The notes beneath the pieces are model-generated. The model saw nothing but the letters and a program-made list of their open reading frames with translations, was not told the origin of the DNA and made no database searches. Shown in pieces: positions 38,677-47,619 of a stretch of 64,000 nt of DNA. Numbering within the stretch: position 1 is the first letter of the stretch; every line of letters starts with the position of its first letter. The position numbers and the translations under genes are program-made. The stretch spans positions 18,623 through 82,622 of the forward strand of contig JAZKXO010000026.1 in NCBI GenBank assembly GCA_045611685.1, in the 5' to 3' direction. This DNA comes from Eubacteriales bacterium. GTDB lineage: Bacteria > Bacillota > Clostridia > Oscillospirales > CAG-272.

Positions 38677-40140
38677 ATGAAAAAGGCTGACATTGGCCTC
38701 ATAGGCCTCGCCGTTATGGGCGAAAATCTGGTTTTGAACATGGAGTCCAAGGGATTCACCGTGGCTGTGTTCAACCGCACCACCGAAAAGGTAAAGAACT
38801 TCGTAGAGGGTCGCGGCGCCGGCAAGAACATCATCGGTGCGTATTCTCTTGAAGAGCTCGTCCAGAACGTAGAGAAGCCCCGCAAGATCATGATGATGAT
38901 CAAGGCAGGCTCCGCTGTGGATGCAACGATCGATTCTCTGCTTCCTCTCCTTGACGACGGCGACGTCATCATCGACGGCGGTAACTCCCACTTCCCGGAC
39001 ACCGCACGCCGCACCGCGTACGTAGAATCGAAGGGCAAGCTGTACATCGGCACGGGCGTTTCCGGCGGTGAAGAGGGTGCCCTCAACGGCCCGTCTCTCA
39101 TGCCCGGCGGCTCGAAGGCTGCATGGCCGCTCGTAGCACCGATCCTGCAGGCGATCTGCGCAAAGGTAGAGGACGGCTCTCCCTGCTGTGACTGGGTTGG
39201 CGAAAACGGCGCCGGTCACTTCGTTAAGATGGTACATAACGGTATCGAGTACGGCGATATGCAGCTGATCTGCGAAGCATATCACCTCATGAAGAATCTC
39301 CTCGGCATGACCGCCGACGAAATGCACGAGGTATTCGCCGAGTGGATGAAGGGCGACCTTGACTCCTACCTCGTAGAAATCTCCCGCGACATTCTCGCAT
39401 ACAAGGATACGGACGGCGAGCCGATCGTGGAAAAGATCCTCGACACCGCCGGTCAGAAGGGTACCGGTAAGTGGACGGGTATCGCCGCTCTCGACGAGGG
39501 CGTGCCGCTGACGCTCATCGGTGAGGCCGTATTCGCACGCTGCCTGTCCGCTATGAAGGAAGAGCGCGTAGAAGCGTCCAAGATCCTGCCCGCTAAGGCA
39601 GAGAACGCGCCGAAGCTGACCGCCGAGGAGAAGGCAGAATGGATCGAAGCGATCCGCTGCGCTCTGCTCGCATCGAAGATCGTATCCTACGCACAGGGCT
39701 ACACGCTCATGCGTGCCGCTGCCAAGACCTACGGCTGGAATCTGAACTACGGCGGCATCGCGCTCATGTGGCGCGGCGGCTGTATCATCCGCTCCGTATT
39801 CCTCGGCAAGATCAAGGATGCGTTCGACAAGAATCCCGAACTCACGAACCTGCTTCTCGACCCGTACTTCACCGAGAAGATCACCTCTCTTCTGCCCGGC
39901 TGGCGTAAGGTAGTAGCCGAGGCTGCGATGACCGGCATGCCGATCCCCGCATTCTCCTCTGCTCTCTCCTACTACGACGGCTACAGATGCGATCGCCTGC
40001 CGGCAAACCTGCTCCAGGCACAGCGCGACTTCTTTGGAGCACATACATACGAAAGAATCGATGCCGAGCGCGGAAAATTCTTCCATACCAACTGGACCGG
40101 CCACGGCGGCGACACCGCGGCAAGCCAATACGTAGTCTAA
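38677..40140 (+). CDS. gnd: NADP-dependent 6-phosphogluconate dehydrogenase (decarboxylating)
   Basis: MKKADIGLIGLAVMGENLVLNM, GGNSHFPDT, HFVKMVHNGIEYGDMQLI and the C-terminal AQRDFFGAHTYER. Confidence 0.97.
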   Translation: MKKADIGLIGLAVMGENLVLNMESKGFTVAVFNRTTEKVKNFVEGRGAGKNIIGAYSLEELVQNVEKPRKIMMMIKAGSAVDATIDSLLPLLDDGDVIIDGGNSHFPDTARRTAYVESKGKLYIGTGVSGGEEGALNGPSLMPGGSKAAWPLVAPILQAICAKVEDGSPCCDWVGENGAGHFVKMVHNGIEYGDMQLICEAYHLMKNLLGMTADEMHEVFAEWMKGDLDSYLVEISRDILAYKDTDGEPIVEKILDTAGQKGTGKWTGIAALDEGVPLTLIGEAVFARCLSAMKEERVEASKILPAKAENAPKLTAEEKAEWIEAIRCALLASKIVSYAQGYTLMRAAAKTYGWNLNYGGIALMWRGGCIIRSVFLGKIKDAFDKNPELTNLLLDPYFTEKITSLLPGWRKVVAEAAMTGMPIPAFSSALSYYDGYRCDRLPANLLQAQRDFFGAHTYERIDAERGKFFHTNWTGHGGDTAASQYVV

Positions 40141-40147
40141 GCAGTTG

Positions 40148-40285
40148 GGTCCCGGGGGGGCGTGCCCCTTGGCGCAGTGCAGGGCGCGAAGCCCTGCGCC
40201 CCCCGGCAGGGGATCGGCGTTTCTTTTGTGAACTTTTCTTTGCGCCTGTGGTGTCAAAGAAAAGTGGCAAACAACTTCGCCTTTC
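40148..40285. repeat. interspersed repeat, copy D (reverse orientation)
   Basis: ggcgtttcttttgtgaacttttctttgcgcctgtggtgtcaaagaaaagtggcaaac, preceded by the GC hairpin gcagggcgcgaagccctgc. This is the reverse complement of copy A, including the gcgcagtgcagg segment. Confidence 0.8.
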
Positions 40286-40552
40286 TTTGCTGAGGGGGTG
40301 GACCCCCTTGCATCCCCATACTGCACCGCAAATACTTGCGGTGCGGGCACCGGCTGACGGAAAGATTTCCGGAACAAAAGGGCAAGGTTTTCTTCATAAT
40401 CGCCACAGCCAAAGAGTTTGGGGCGCCGGGGAAAGAAACTTCCGCGCTTGAGATGGTTCTTTCCCCGGCACGGCATCTACAACGTTGGACGAAGGCCCTG
40501 TCCAAAAGCTGAGATTTTCCAAAAATCTATTTTTACATAAGGATTTATCATC

Positions 40553-41626
40553 ATGAAACTTCGTGAAAACTGCAAATACGCCTTGGTGTGCCCCACCTCC
40601 ATGGGTGTGCGCATCACGCCGCCGAACGGACAGCCCGTAGCATCCGCGAACACCTTCGTAATGCAGGCTACGTCTGCGGAAACGAACGTGCTTTCCATCT
40701 CCGCATTCCTCGGTCTGCCCACCAAGGTGCTGACCACCTTCGTAAAGGATTCCCCCATCGCCGACTTTATCAAGCGCGACCTGCGCGCCCGCGGCATGGA
40801 CTTTGAGGGCAAGGAAGTTGAGCAGGGCGGCCCCTGGGGCTACCGCCACCAGTTCAACATCGCCGATTCCGGCTACGGCAGCCGCGGTCCCCGCGTTTGC
40901 AACGACCGTGCAGGCGAGGTCGGACGCACGCTCAACATCAAGGATTTTGACCTCGACCGCATCTTCGGGGAGGAAGGCGTACAGATCCTCCACCTCTCCG
41001 GTCTTATCGGTGCACTCTCTCACGAGACGTCCATCTTCTGTCTGGAGCTTGCACGCGCCGCTAAGAAATACGGCACGCTGATCTCCTTTGACCTCAACCA
41101 CCGCGCTTCCTTCTGGAAGGGCCGTGAAGAGGAACTCCACGACATCTTCACCGAGATCGCTTCCGTTTCCGATATTCTCATCGGCAACGAGGAAGACTTC
41201 CAGCTGTGCCTGGGCGTACAGGGCCCCGAGGCAGGCGGCAAGGACATTGGCGCGAAGATTGACTCCTTCAAGGAGATGATCGGCAGAGTAAAGGCACAGT
41301 TCCCGAACGCATCCGTATACGCAACGACGCTTCGCCAGGTTGTGAACGTAAACAACCACCTGTGGGGCGCGATCCTTCTCGCCGGTGACGAGTGGCACGT
41401 CGTAGAACCCCGCCCGATCACCGTTCTCGACCGCATCGGCGGCGGCGACGGCTTCGTCGGCGGCATGCTGTACAGCATCCTCCGCGGCTGGGAGAGCGAA
41501 AAGTGGATCCAGTTCGGCTGGGCATCCGGCGCGCTCGCTACCACGTTCCTCACCGACTACGCACAGCCGGCAGACGAAGAGATGGTCTGGTCCGTCTGGG
41601 GCGGCAACGCAAGAGTTAAGAGATAA
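40553..41626 (+). CDS. PfkB-family sugar kinase (2-dehydro-3-deoxygluconokinase-like)
   Basis: 357 aa with DLNHR, IGNEEDF and the C-terminal DRIGGGDGFVGG ATP/anion-hole motif. Confidence 0.8.
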   Translation: MKLRENCKYALVCPTSMGVRITPPNGQPVASANTFVMQATSAETNVLSISAFLGLPTKVLTTFVKDSPIADFIKRDLRARGMDFEGKEVEQGGPWGYRHQFNIADSGYGSRGPRVCNDRAGEVGRTLNIKDFDLDRIFGEEGVQILHLSGLIGALSHETSIFCLELARAAKKYGTLISFDLNHRASFWKGREEELHDIFTEIASVSDILIGNEEDFQLCLGVQGPEAGGKDIGAKIDSFKEMIGRVKAQFPNASVYATTLRQVVNVNNHLWGAILLAGDEWHVVEPRPITVLDRIGGGDGFVGGMLYSILRGWESEKWIQFGWASGALATTFLTDYAQPADEEMVWSVWGGNARVKR

Positions 41627-41632
41627 TTATGG

Positions 41633-41745
41633 CGGGGGAAACTTTTTACAAAAAAGCTTCCCCCGTACCCCTTTCAAAAAACCTTTATACTGAAAAACAG
41701 AATCACGTCTGTGCGCGGTTTTTGCACAGGCGTGATTTTTTATCG
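41633..41745 (+). terminator. composite 3' module after the kinase gene; its hairpin is the left copy of a 45-nt perfect direct repeat
   Basis: Palindrome GGGGGAAACTTTTTACAAAAAAGCTTCCCCC (41633-41663), linker gtacccctttcaaaaaacctttatactgaaaaacag, then aatcacgtctgtgcgcggtttttgcacaggcgtgattttttatcg (41701-41745). Confidence 0.85.
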
Positions 41746-42045
41746 GAAGCAATTTCCGCAGAATGAATATCCCTCATTGATCAGCGCATCTGCCGCGCCT
41801 TCGTAATACCGGCGGTTTTCGTCGTGAATCAGAGCGGCAGTACCGCAGGTTATTTTGTGGATTTTCTTCGAACGGATGTTGAGAATGTATTCGTCTTGTA
41901 CGCTCTCCGTGTATTCGCGCTCGGGTTCGCTTCGGATAAGTATAATTTCTTCCTTGGCACAGGAGTTAAATAAAAGGAAAAAGAAGACAACAACCCATAT
42001 ACACCCTTTTCTCCACCGGGATGCGTGAGCTTTTTTTATTAGCAT
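41740..42045 (-). CDS. small membrane/lipoprotein with C-terminal Cys-rich metal-binding-like motif
   Basis: 101 aa with an N-terminal hydrophobic segment ending in NSC. The C-terminal KIHKITCGTAALIHDENRRYYEGAADALINEGYSFCGNCFR resembles the Ada-type Zn-binding tails of small Firmicute proteins. Confidence 0.55.
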   Translation of the reverse strand: MLIKKAHASRWRKGCIWVVVFFFLLFNSCAKEEIILIRSEPEREYTESVQDEYILNIRSKKIHKITCGTAALIHDENRRYYEGAADALINEGYSFCGNCFR

Positions 42046-42079
42046 TTCCCCTCGCCTCGCAAATAGTTTTTATTGCATT

Positions 42080-42121
42080 ATAACACCGTGCGGTGTTATT
42101 TGTCAATGCCGAACGGTGTTT
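42080..42121. promoter_or_regulatory. candidate operator sites in the divergent promoter region of the XRE gene
   Basis: Perfect palindrome ATAACACCG-TG-CGGTGTTAT (42080-42099), plus a third half-site CGAACGGTGTTT (42110-42121). Confidence 0.5.
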
Positions 42122-42164
42122 TTACGTATAATAACTTTATATAATAGATCTGTGAGGTTATTAT

Positions 42165-42368
42165 ATGTACGTCTACAAACGTATACGGGATCTACGGGAA
42201 GATCACGACAAAACGCAGAAAGAAATTTCTTCGTTTTTGAATATGCATCTGACCGTCTATCAGCGCTATGAGCGCGGAGAAAGAGAACTTCCTTTATGGG
42301 CGGCGATTAAACTGGCAGATTATTACCACGTCTCGCTCGATTATCTGGTCGGGCGAACGGATAAATAG
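42165..42368 (+). CDS. XRE-family helix-turn-helix transcriptional regulator (67 aa)
   Basis: MYVYKRIRDLREDHDKTQKEISSFLNMHLTVYQRYERGERELPLWAAIKLADYYHVSLDYLVGRTDK, a canonical Cro/C1 HTH with the DYLvGR tail. Confidence 0.85.
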   Translation: MYVYKRIRDLREDHDKTQKEISSFLNMHLTVYQRYERGERELPLWAAIKLADYYHVSLDYLVGRTDK

Positions 42369-42400
42369 AAGAACGCCCCGCAAAAACTCTATATAATACA

Positions 42401-42445
42401 AATCACGTCTGTGCGCGGTTTTTGCACAGGCGTGATTTTTTATCG
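42401..42445. terminator. terminator hairpin, right copy of the 45-nt perfect direct repeat (also ends the endolysin gene)
   Basis: Identical to 41701-41745 and exactly 700 bp away from it. Confidence 0.85.
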
Positions 42446-42446
42446 T

Positions 42447-42965
42447 TCATATTTCGAAATATCCTCGGTTCAGCCGCGCGTGTGAAAAATTCGCGCACCC
42501 GGCCGTCCCGTACTGCCAAACCGTCGGCGAAAACGTAAGCGCACGCGCTTCGGTCACGCCCCACGAAAGGAGCCACACGGGATACGGCGAGGGCGTCTTT
42601 ACCGCCGCGGGCGGGGCGGCGAGCATCGGGGCAAACCCGGCTGCCGAAACGGCACGGAGAAACTTCTCCGCTTCGGGCATCTGTCTATTCTCCTCCGCGC
42701 GGCAGGCCGCCCAGAGGCGAACGCGCTCGCGAAGCGGTTTAATAAGCGAGAGAAACAGCAGAGCCTCCCTTCGCCCGTCCGCGAAAAGCTCGTGATACAC
42801 GCCGACGGCGATCCCCGCCCGCTCGGCGGCTATGATATTCTCACTAAAACGCTGATCGGGGACAAGGCCCGCCGATACGCGGATGAGCGCAAACGCGATG
42901 CCGGCGGCTTCGGCGCCCGCCCAATCAAAGCAGCCGTCACGGGCACAAACGTCGATCCCGTTCAC
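42447..42965 (-). CDS. GH25-type muramidase (endolysin), catalytic domain only
   Basis: MNGIDVCARDGCFDWAGAEAAGIAFALIRVS...GVYHE...VWQYGT follows the GH25 pattern GIDVSxxQGxIDW...IR...YH...WQY. Confidence 0.7.
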   Translation of the reverse strand: MNGIDVCARDGCFDWAGAEAAGIAFALIRVSAGLVPDQRFSENIIAAERAGIAVGVYHELFADGRREALLFLSLIKPLRERVRLWAACRAEENRQMPEAEKFLRAVSAAGFAPMLAAPPAAVKTPSPYPVWLLSWGVTEARALTFSPTVWQYGTAGCANFSHARLNRGYFEI

Positions 42966-43219
42966 GGAAAATCCTCCCTTTCGAGATCGTGCAGGCGGAT
43001 CTCATGCGCCTGCAGCTGCCGCCCGTGCGCCTCGATTTCCGCGTACATCTCCTCGTGCTCGCGATCGCGCTCTTTACGATCCCGCGAGAGTGCGTCACCC
43101 ATGTTTTTGACCGTTACGTCAAGCCTTGTGAGAACGGAGGACAACTTGAACCCGAGCGTTCCGACGGTAATGAGAAAGCCGCCGAGCGTAATAAGCCCCG
43201 CTACGATCGCCCAGGTCAT
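42962..43219 (-). CDS. putative holin / lysis-associated membrane protein
   Basis: 85 aa with one N-terminal TM segment (WAIVAGLITLGGFLITVGTLGF) and a charged coiled-coil tail. It overlaps the endolysin start by 4 nt. Confidence 0.45.
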   Translation of the reverse strand: MTWAIVAGLITLGGFLITVGTLGFKLSSVLTRLDVTVKNMGDALSRDRKERDREHEEMYAEIEAHGRQLQAHEIRLHDLEREDFP

Positions 43220-44460
43220 GAAATCTCCTCAAGAGAGCCCCGAGGCACGCCGTAGATAATGACGGCACCCGAGCCACCCGAACCGGAGTACGTATCCGTC
43301 TCGACAGCGCGGCCGCCGCCCGCACCGATTCCGCCCGCCACGCCGTCCGTGCCGGGGATAGTACCGCTTTTCTTCGTGCCGCTGATACCGCCTTCACCGA
43401 AGTAGGAATCGGCGCCTTTTTCCGTCGTGCCGACCTCTGCCGTAAAAATACCGACGACGGCAGGCGTTGCTTCTTGGCTTACACTTTCAAGGCCGCCCTC
43501 GCCGCCGGGGACAGAGAAGCCGTCAAAGGATGTACTGCCACCCCTCATTCCCGCAAAAGAGGAGTAGGTCGTTTTCTTCCGCTTTTCACCGCCTACACCG
43601 ACCGTAACGGCTACAGGCTTCATCGGCAAGGGGAGATGCGCAAGCACTGCCATACCGCCCGCCGAGCCGCCCGTACCTCCCGCAGAAGCGGCACCCGATC
43701 CGCCCGCGCCGATGAGAACGACCGTATAAAGCCCGTCCGCCGTGGGATATGCCGCGGGATCGAACGTACCGCTTTCGGTAATGCGGCAAAGCTCTTTCAT
43801 GCCGGGGAAAGCGTCAAGGAAAAAGCGGTACTGACCGTCGCCGCAGAGAAGCGTATCCGCGCCTGCATCGGTGCGGAACACGTTTGCCGCTTTCACGAGC
43901 TGTGCCGCATCCGCGCCGTCAAAATAATCACAAAGCGCGGTCTCGTAGCGGGCGAGCATCTCCTCGACCTCCAGCCGATTGAGGATGTAGTCCGCGCGCG
44001 GACGCAGATCGGTGAGATACGTCCCCTCGATAAACGTCTCGCCCGCCGGGATGAACACGGCGGCAAGCGGGATCTCTCTCACCGTATCGGTATAGGTGCA
44101 AATGGGTGCCGTCGGCATTTCGGCCGCCGTACCCGTGAGAATGGCGCAGCGCATCTCACGCGCCGTAAGATCCAGTCTCAAAACGACGCGGTCGATTCTG
44201 GGGAGCGCGGCATCCGCCTCGGCAAGGGAAAGCGAAAGCGCCGCCGTGTTTCGGTACGTGTATCCGTCGATCACCGCCGTGCCCGCGGCTACGTCGACCG
44301 CCATACCGCCGAGAGACGACGGCGTAACGGTAAGAGAATCGGCGCTCGTTACACCGTTTGAAACGTACGCCGCCCGCTCGGCGGCAAAATCCTCCGCTGT
44401 GTACACGCGATCCGGCACGCCGTCGATCGCCACAGCATTGAACGGAAATGATTTCTCCAT
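43216..44460 (-). CDS. phage tail fibre / receptor-binding-like protein with C-terminal glycine-rich domain
   Basis: 414 aa with an N-terminal FNAVAIDGVPDRVYTAEDFA... and C-terminal GAGGSGAASAGGTGGSAGG...GGIGAGGG repeats. Confidence 0.5.
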   Translation of the reverse strand: MEKSFPFNAVAIDGVPDRVYTAEDFAAERAAYVSNGVTSADSLTVTPSSLGGMAVDVAAGTAVIDGYTYRNTAALSLSLAEADAALPRIDRVVLRLDLTAREMRCAILTGTAAEMPTAPICTYTDTVREIPLAAVFIPAGETFIEGTYLTDLRPRADYILNRLEVEEMLARYETALCDYFDGADAAQLVKAANVFRTDAGADTLLCGDGQYRFFLDAFPGMKELCRITESGTFDPAAYPTADGLYTVVLIGAGGSGAASAGGTGGSAGGMAVLAHLPLPMKPVAVTVGVGGEKRKKTTYSSFAGMRGGSTSFDGFSVPGGEGGLESVSQEATPAVVGIFTAEVGTTEKGADSYFGEGGISGTKKSGTIPGTDGVAGGIGAGGGRAVETDTYSGSGGSGAVIIYGVPRGSLEEIS

Positions 44461-44496
44461 ATATAAATCTCCTTAAAAATGATAATGTGCCCGCCG

Positions 44497-45480
44497 TCAG
44501 CGGGTGAGTCGAACGGATACCGTATGACGGATGCCCGTCTCGTCCGCACAAACGGTCTTTTCCTCGCAAAAAGCCGTCCCGACGATGCCGAAAAGATCGT
44601 CCTCAATGAGACATTCTTCCCCCACGTGCAAGGATGCCGCCGCGGCCGCTGACACGTCGATGCTGACCGAACGGATGCCGCGGTGCTCGGCGAGCACGCG
44701 TTTGCCCTCCGCTCTGAGGGTCAAAAGATACTCTTCGTCCGACGGGAAAAGCGAGGGTGCGATCTTATACGCATTATGATATATCTCCGAAAGCGGAGCT
44801 GCCGCGTCGTCGATGCCGTCGTCGAACAGCCCCACCGCCGAAACGGTAACGGTGCGCCCGTCGTAACCCTTCACGATTACCGAGTTTTTGTAATTTTCGC
44901 CCTCCGTTACGCGCACGCCGCCCGTAAGATCACCGCCGCCGCGCGACAGACGGAGCTTTGCCGCCGTGCGGCTTTGCGCGGCGAACAGAAAACCGCCGTC
45001 CGTCACGGCAAGGCGCATACCGAGCCCCGATGCACGACAGACGGATTTCATCGCGGAAAGAAGCGATCCGCCGCCGATCACCATATCCACCGCCTCGGGA
45101 AAGCCGTACTCGACCGTCGAGAGCGGCGCGGGGAGAACGGATGCCCCCCACTCGCTCGAAAGACCGAGGAGAACCGTCTCCGCATCGCCCGAAACGCGGC
45201 GGTACTCCGGCATCTGCCGCCCTTCAAAATAGGAAAGGATCCCGCGCCCCTTGACCGTGGCAATGCCCTCTGCGGCATCCTCCCTTATTTCACCGACGGT
45301 AAAGGCTCCGATCCCGGGGATCACAAGAACGTCCCCCGCCATAAAGCGGCGGGCATCGGAGAGGGGCACGGCAAGCGTACACGCCCCCGGCGCCGAAAAC
45401 GACTCCGAGGCGGTAACCGTAAGTGCCGCATCAGAGATGCTTTTGAGAGTAAGCGAAGAATTAAAAATCCGAATATCCAT
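44497..45480 (-). CDS. phage tail structural protein (Siphovirus Gp37-like)
   Basis: It starts MDIRIFNSSLTLKSISD... at ATG 45480 (RBS GAGGAGGGG). Its position is between the Dit-like and fibre genes. The family call is from memory of the Gp37-like N-terminal pattern. Confidence 0.45.
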   Translation of the reverse strand: MDIRIFNSSLTLKSISDAALTVTASESFSAPGACTLAVPLSDARRFMAGDVLVIPGIGAFTVGEIREDAAEGIATVKGRGILSYFEGRQMPEYRRVSGDAETVLLGLSSEWGASVLPAPLSTVEYGFPEAVDMVIGGGSLLSAMKSVCRASGLGMRLAVTDGGFLFAAQSRTAAKLRLSRGGGDLTGGVRVTEGENYKNSVIVKGYDGRTVTVSAVGLFDDGIDDAAAPLSEIYHNAYKIAPSLFPSDEEYLLTLRAEGKRVLAEHRGIRSVSIDVSAAAAASLHVGEECLIEDDLFGIVGTAFCEEKTVCADETGIRHTVSVRLTR

Positions 45481-45490
45481 AAGCCCCTCC

Positions 45491-46312
45491 TCAGTGATAA
45501 AGCGGCGTGATGGCAACCGATACCGCCGCCGTGCCGTCGCCCTCGCTCTGCCAGGTAAGCTTGTTCTCCCCCGGCTCAAGGGCGAACATCACGCTGTCCA
45601 CGGTGAGCCCACCGATCGCGGACGCGTCCCCGACCGTTACCGTTTTTTTCGAGGGGCGCGTGTCGATCACCATAGAGGCACCGATCGGCAAGGGATAAAC
45701 GACGGAGATCTTCTCCCCCGACTCTGCCGTCACGGTGAAAGAGGTGAGATCGCTCCACTCTGCCAGGACAGTGAGAACGAACCCGCACGGCACGTCGCCG
45801 GGGTTTTCTACCGTAATCTCGCCCTCGCCCGTGCTCAGGGCAAATACCGTGCCCTCGTCCATACGAAAGGGGAAGACGAGTTTCCCCGTCCAGCCGCGCT
45901 CGGACGCTGTCTCCACCGGCGCTGAAAAATACGCGGCGGTGGCACTTTTTGCCTCGGCATAAACGCTAAAGAACGCCGCCTCGTCTCCGTTGAGCGGTGC
46001 TTCGTGCGCGAAAACGGGCGCCTGTTTCGCCGTCAGATCAATGCTCCGTTCGCCCACCCGAAGAGTGAACCCGCCTCTGTTCGTTACGATACGGCGAAGG
46101 CGGCGAGAGAGAAGCTCCTTCTCGGCCGCGCGCGAAGTCGGCGTTCCCCCGACGGGCAGAATATAGCCCGAAAACGTAACCGAACGCCCCGCCGTGCGAT
46201 CACCCGCAAGCTTTGCCGCCCCCGCATCGAAATCGTGCAGAACGTATCCGCCGCGACCGAAAATGACTGTGTCCCGTCCGTTTGTAATCGAAATCGTATC
46301 GCATACCGTCAT
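45491..46312 (-). CDS. phage tail family protein (distal tail protein-like)
   Basis: 273 aa starting MTVCDTISITNGRDTVIFG.... The C-terminal ...FALEPGENKLTW... is typical of siphovirus tail-component proteins. Its start overlaps the upstream stop (ATGA at 46309-46312). Confidence 0.5.
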   Translation of the reverse strand: MTVCDTISITNGRDTVIFGRGGYVLHDFDAGAAKLAGDRTAGRSVTFSGYILPVGGTPTSRAAEKELLSRRLRRIVTNRGGFTLRVGERSIDLTAKQAPVFAHEAPLNGDEAAFFSVYAEAKSATAAYFSAPVETASERGWTGKLVFPFRMDEGTVFALSTGEGEITVENPGDVPCGFVLTVLAEWSDLTSFTVTAESGEKISVVYPLPIGASMVIDTRPSKKTVTVGDASAIGGLTVDSVMFALEPGENKLTWQSEGDGTAAVSVAITPLYH

Positions 46313-46818
46313 CCGAACACCACCTTCCCCATAACGCCCGCGTCGTCCGATTCCGCGATAAGCGAAAACTTCCACGCGGAATCTCTTTCGGGAGAAAGCG
46401 AAAGCTCTGCCCCCGACGAAGCCGACGCGATCAGGGAAAAGACGACCTCGCCGCCGCCTGCCGACTCGGGAATTTCCGCAACGAGCACGATGCGCACCCG
46501 CGCATGCCGCCCCGCGTCCGTCTTGCCGCCGAGATATACGACGGATCCGTCCGTGGGCGAGCCGGTAGCCGCCGCCAGAACGCGCGGATACAGGCGGACG
46601 AGCCTGCCCTCGATTCTGACTCTTGCGCCGTAGCGCACCGAGCGGACGACCTCGCCGTCCCAGCCCTTGATCTCGTGCACCTTCGCACTGTACTGAAGCT
46701 TCACGCCGCCCTTCGTCGCCCCGGCGTAAAAGCGGAGCGAACGCGCCGCAGCCTCACTCACCTCAGCGGGCGCTATATACAATCGCCCCGCACCGAGGGC
46801 GTAATATTTCTCTTCCAT
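46309..46818 (-). CDS. putative major tail (tube) protein
   Basis: 169 aa starting MEEKYYALGAGRLYIAPAEV..., with RBS GGAAGGAGA. The call rests on size and position after the head-tail joining genes. Confidence 0.4.
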   Translation of the reverse strand: MEEKYYALGAGRLYIAPAEVSEAAARSLRFYAGATKGGVKLQYSAKVHEIKGWDGEVVRSVRYGARVRIEGRLVRLYPRVLAAATGSPTDGSVVYLGGKTDAGRHARVRIVLVAEIPESAGGGEVVFSLIASASSGAELSLSPERDSAWKFSLIAESDDAGVMGKVVFG

Positions 46819-46874
46819 AGATCTCCTTCCTACACATACAACTGTCAAACAAAGCGCGGAGACCGAACCCGAGC

Positions 46875-46964
46875 GTTTCCGGTATTCCGCCCTAGGCGGA
46901 ACGCTGTCTCTCTTGACAGCGCGGAAACCTCGCCGAGTAATCCGTGCCAAAGCACGGATTACTC
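46875..46964 (-). promoter_or_regulatory. structured intergenic element: three-way junction plus 13-bp hairpin between the head-tail joining genes and the tail gene
   Basis: On the + strand, GTTTCCG (46875-46881) pairs with CGGAAAC (46922-46928). This closes the hairpins TTCCGCC-CTA-GGCGGAA and CGCTGTC-TCTCTT-GACAGCG. It is followed by GAGTAATCCGTGC-CAAA-GCACGGATTACTC (46935-46964). Confidence 0.5.
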
Positions 46965-47321
46965 GCCGCACCTTCCTTGTATCTCAAAACCTGCCTGCAG
47001 ATAATAGAGCCCACATCCGCGAACGTAGCCGCCGCGGCCGCCCTCCTTCGTCCCGCAGATGACAAGCGAATCAGCACCGATCCCGACGACACCCGTGTCG
47101 CCGTCTGCGAGAAGCGCCCGCTGCAGTGCCGAAATCTCCGACGCCGCCGCATCGGGCGAGCGATGGAACACGCGCACTTCAAATCTTGCCGTTCTGAGCG
47201 CGCCGTCGCCCCGTCCGGGGTAATACCGATACACCGCCGAGGGGGAAAGACTTTTCCCCGGCGCGGGCGAAAGCGGCACGGTAAGTGCCGACGATGCGGC
47301 TTTCACTACGCGATCATGCAT
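46959..47321 (-). CDS. phage head-tail joining / tail-completion-like protein
   Basis: 120 aa. The call is based on position only. Confidence 0.35.
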   Translation of the reverse strand: MHDRVVKAASSALTVPLSPAPGKSLSPSAVYRYYPGRGDGALRTARFEVRVFHRSPDAAASEISALQRALLADGDTGVVGIGADSLVICGTKEGGRGGYVRGCGLYYLQAGFEIQGRCGE

Positions 47322-47619
47322 CGGGGCACCCCTCCTCTACGTAGATTCTCTCACATTTCACACGCCAAATCCTGCCAAGATCGACCGGCACGAGCATCCG
47401 ATACACGGCGTCCCCGCGCGTGATCGTCATCCCGCGGCGAAAGCCGCCCACGGGGGTATATCTCGCGGGGATAAGAGCGAGCACAGTCGCCGACGCGCGG
47501 TCGAGATCGTCCTCCATGATTTCCTCCGCCGTGCGGTGTGAGATGACCGCCATGACCGTGCCCACACTCTCGCCGTCCTTGTTCTTTAAGATGAACGTGC
47601 GCAAAAGACGACGCATCAT
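47314..47619 (-). CDS. phage head closure / head-tail adaptor-like protein
   Basis: 101 aa. The call rests on position and size; its start overlaps the upstream stop. Confidence 0.4.
   Translation of the reverse strand: MMRRLLRTFILKNKDGESVGTVMAVISHRTAEEIMEDDLDRASATVLALIPARYTPVGGFRRGMTITRGDAVYRMLVPVDLGRIWRVKCERIYVEEGCPDA

Noticed and set aside
46875-46928. The three-way junction as a hammerhead ribozyme
   Set aside because: The junction strands lack the CUGANGA and GAAA core in the required positions. Only a fortuitous GAAAC is present in the closing helix.
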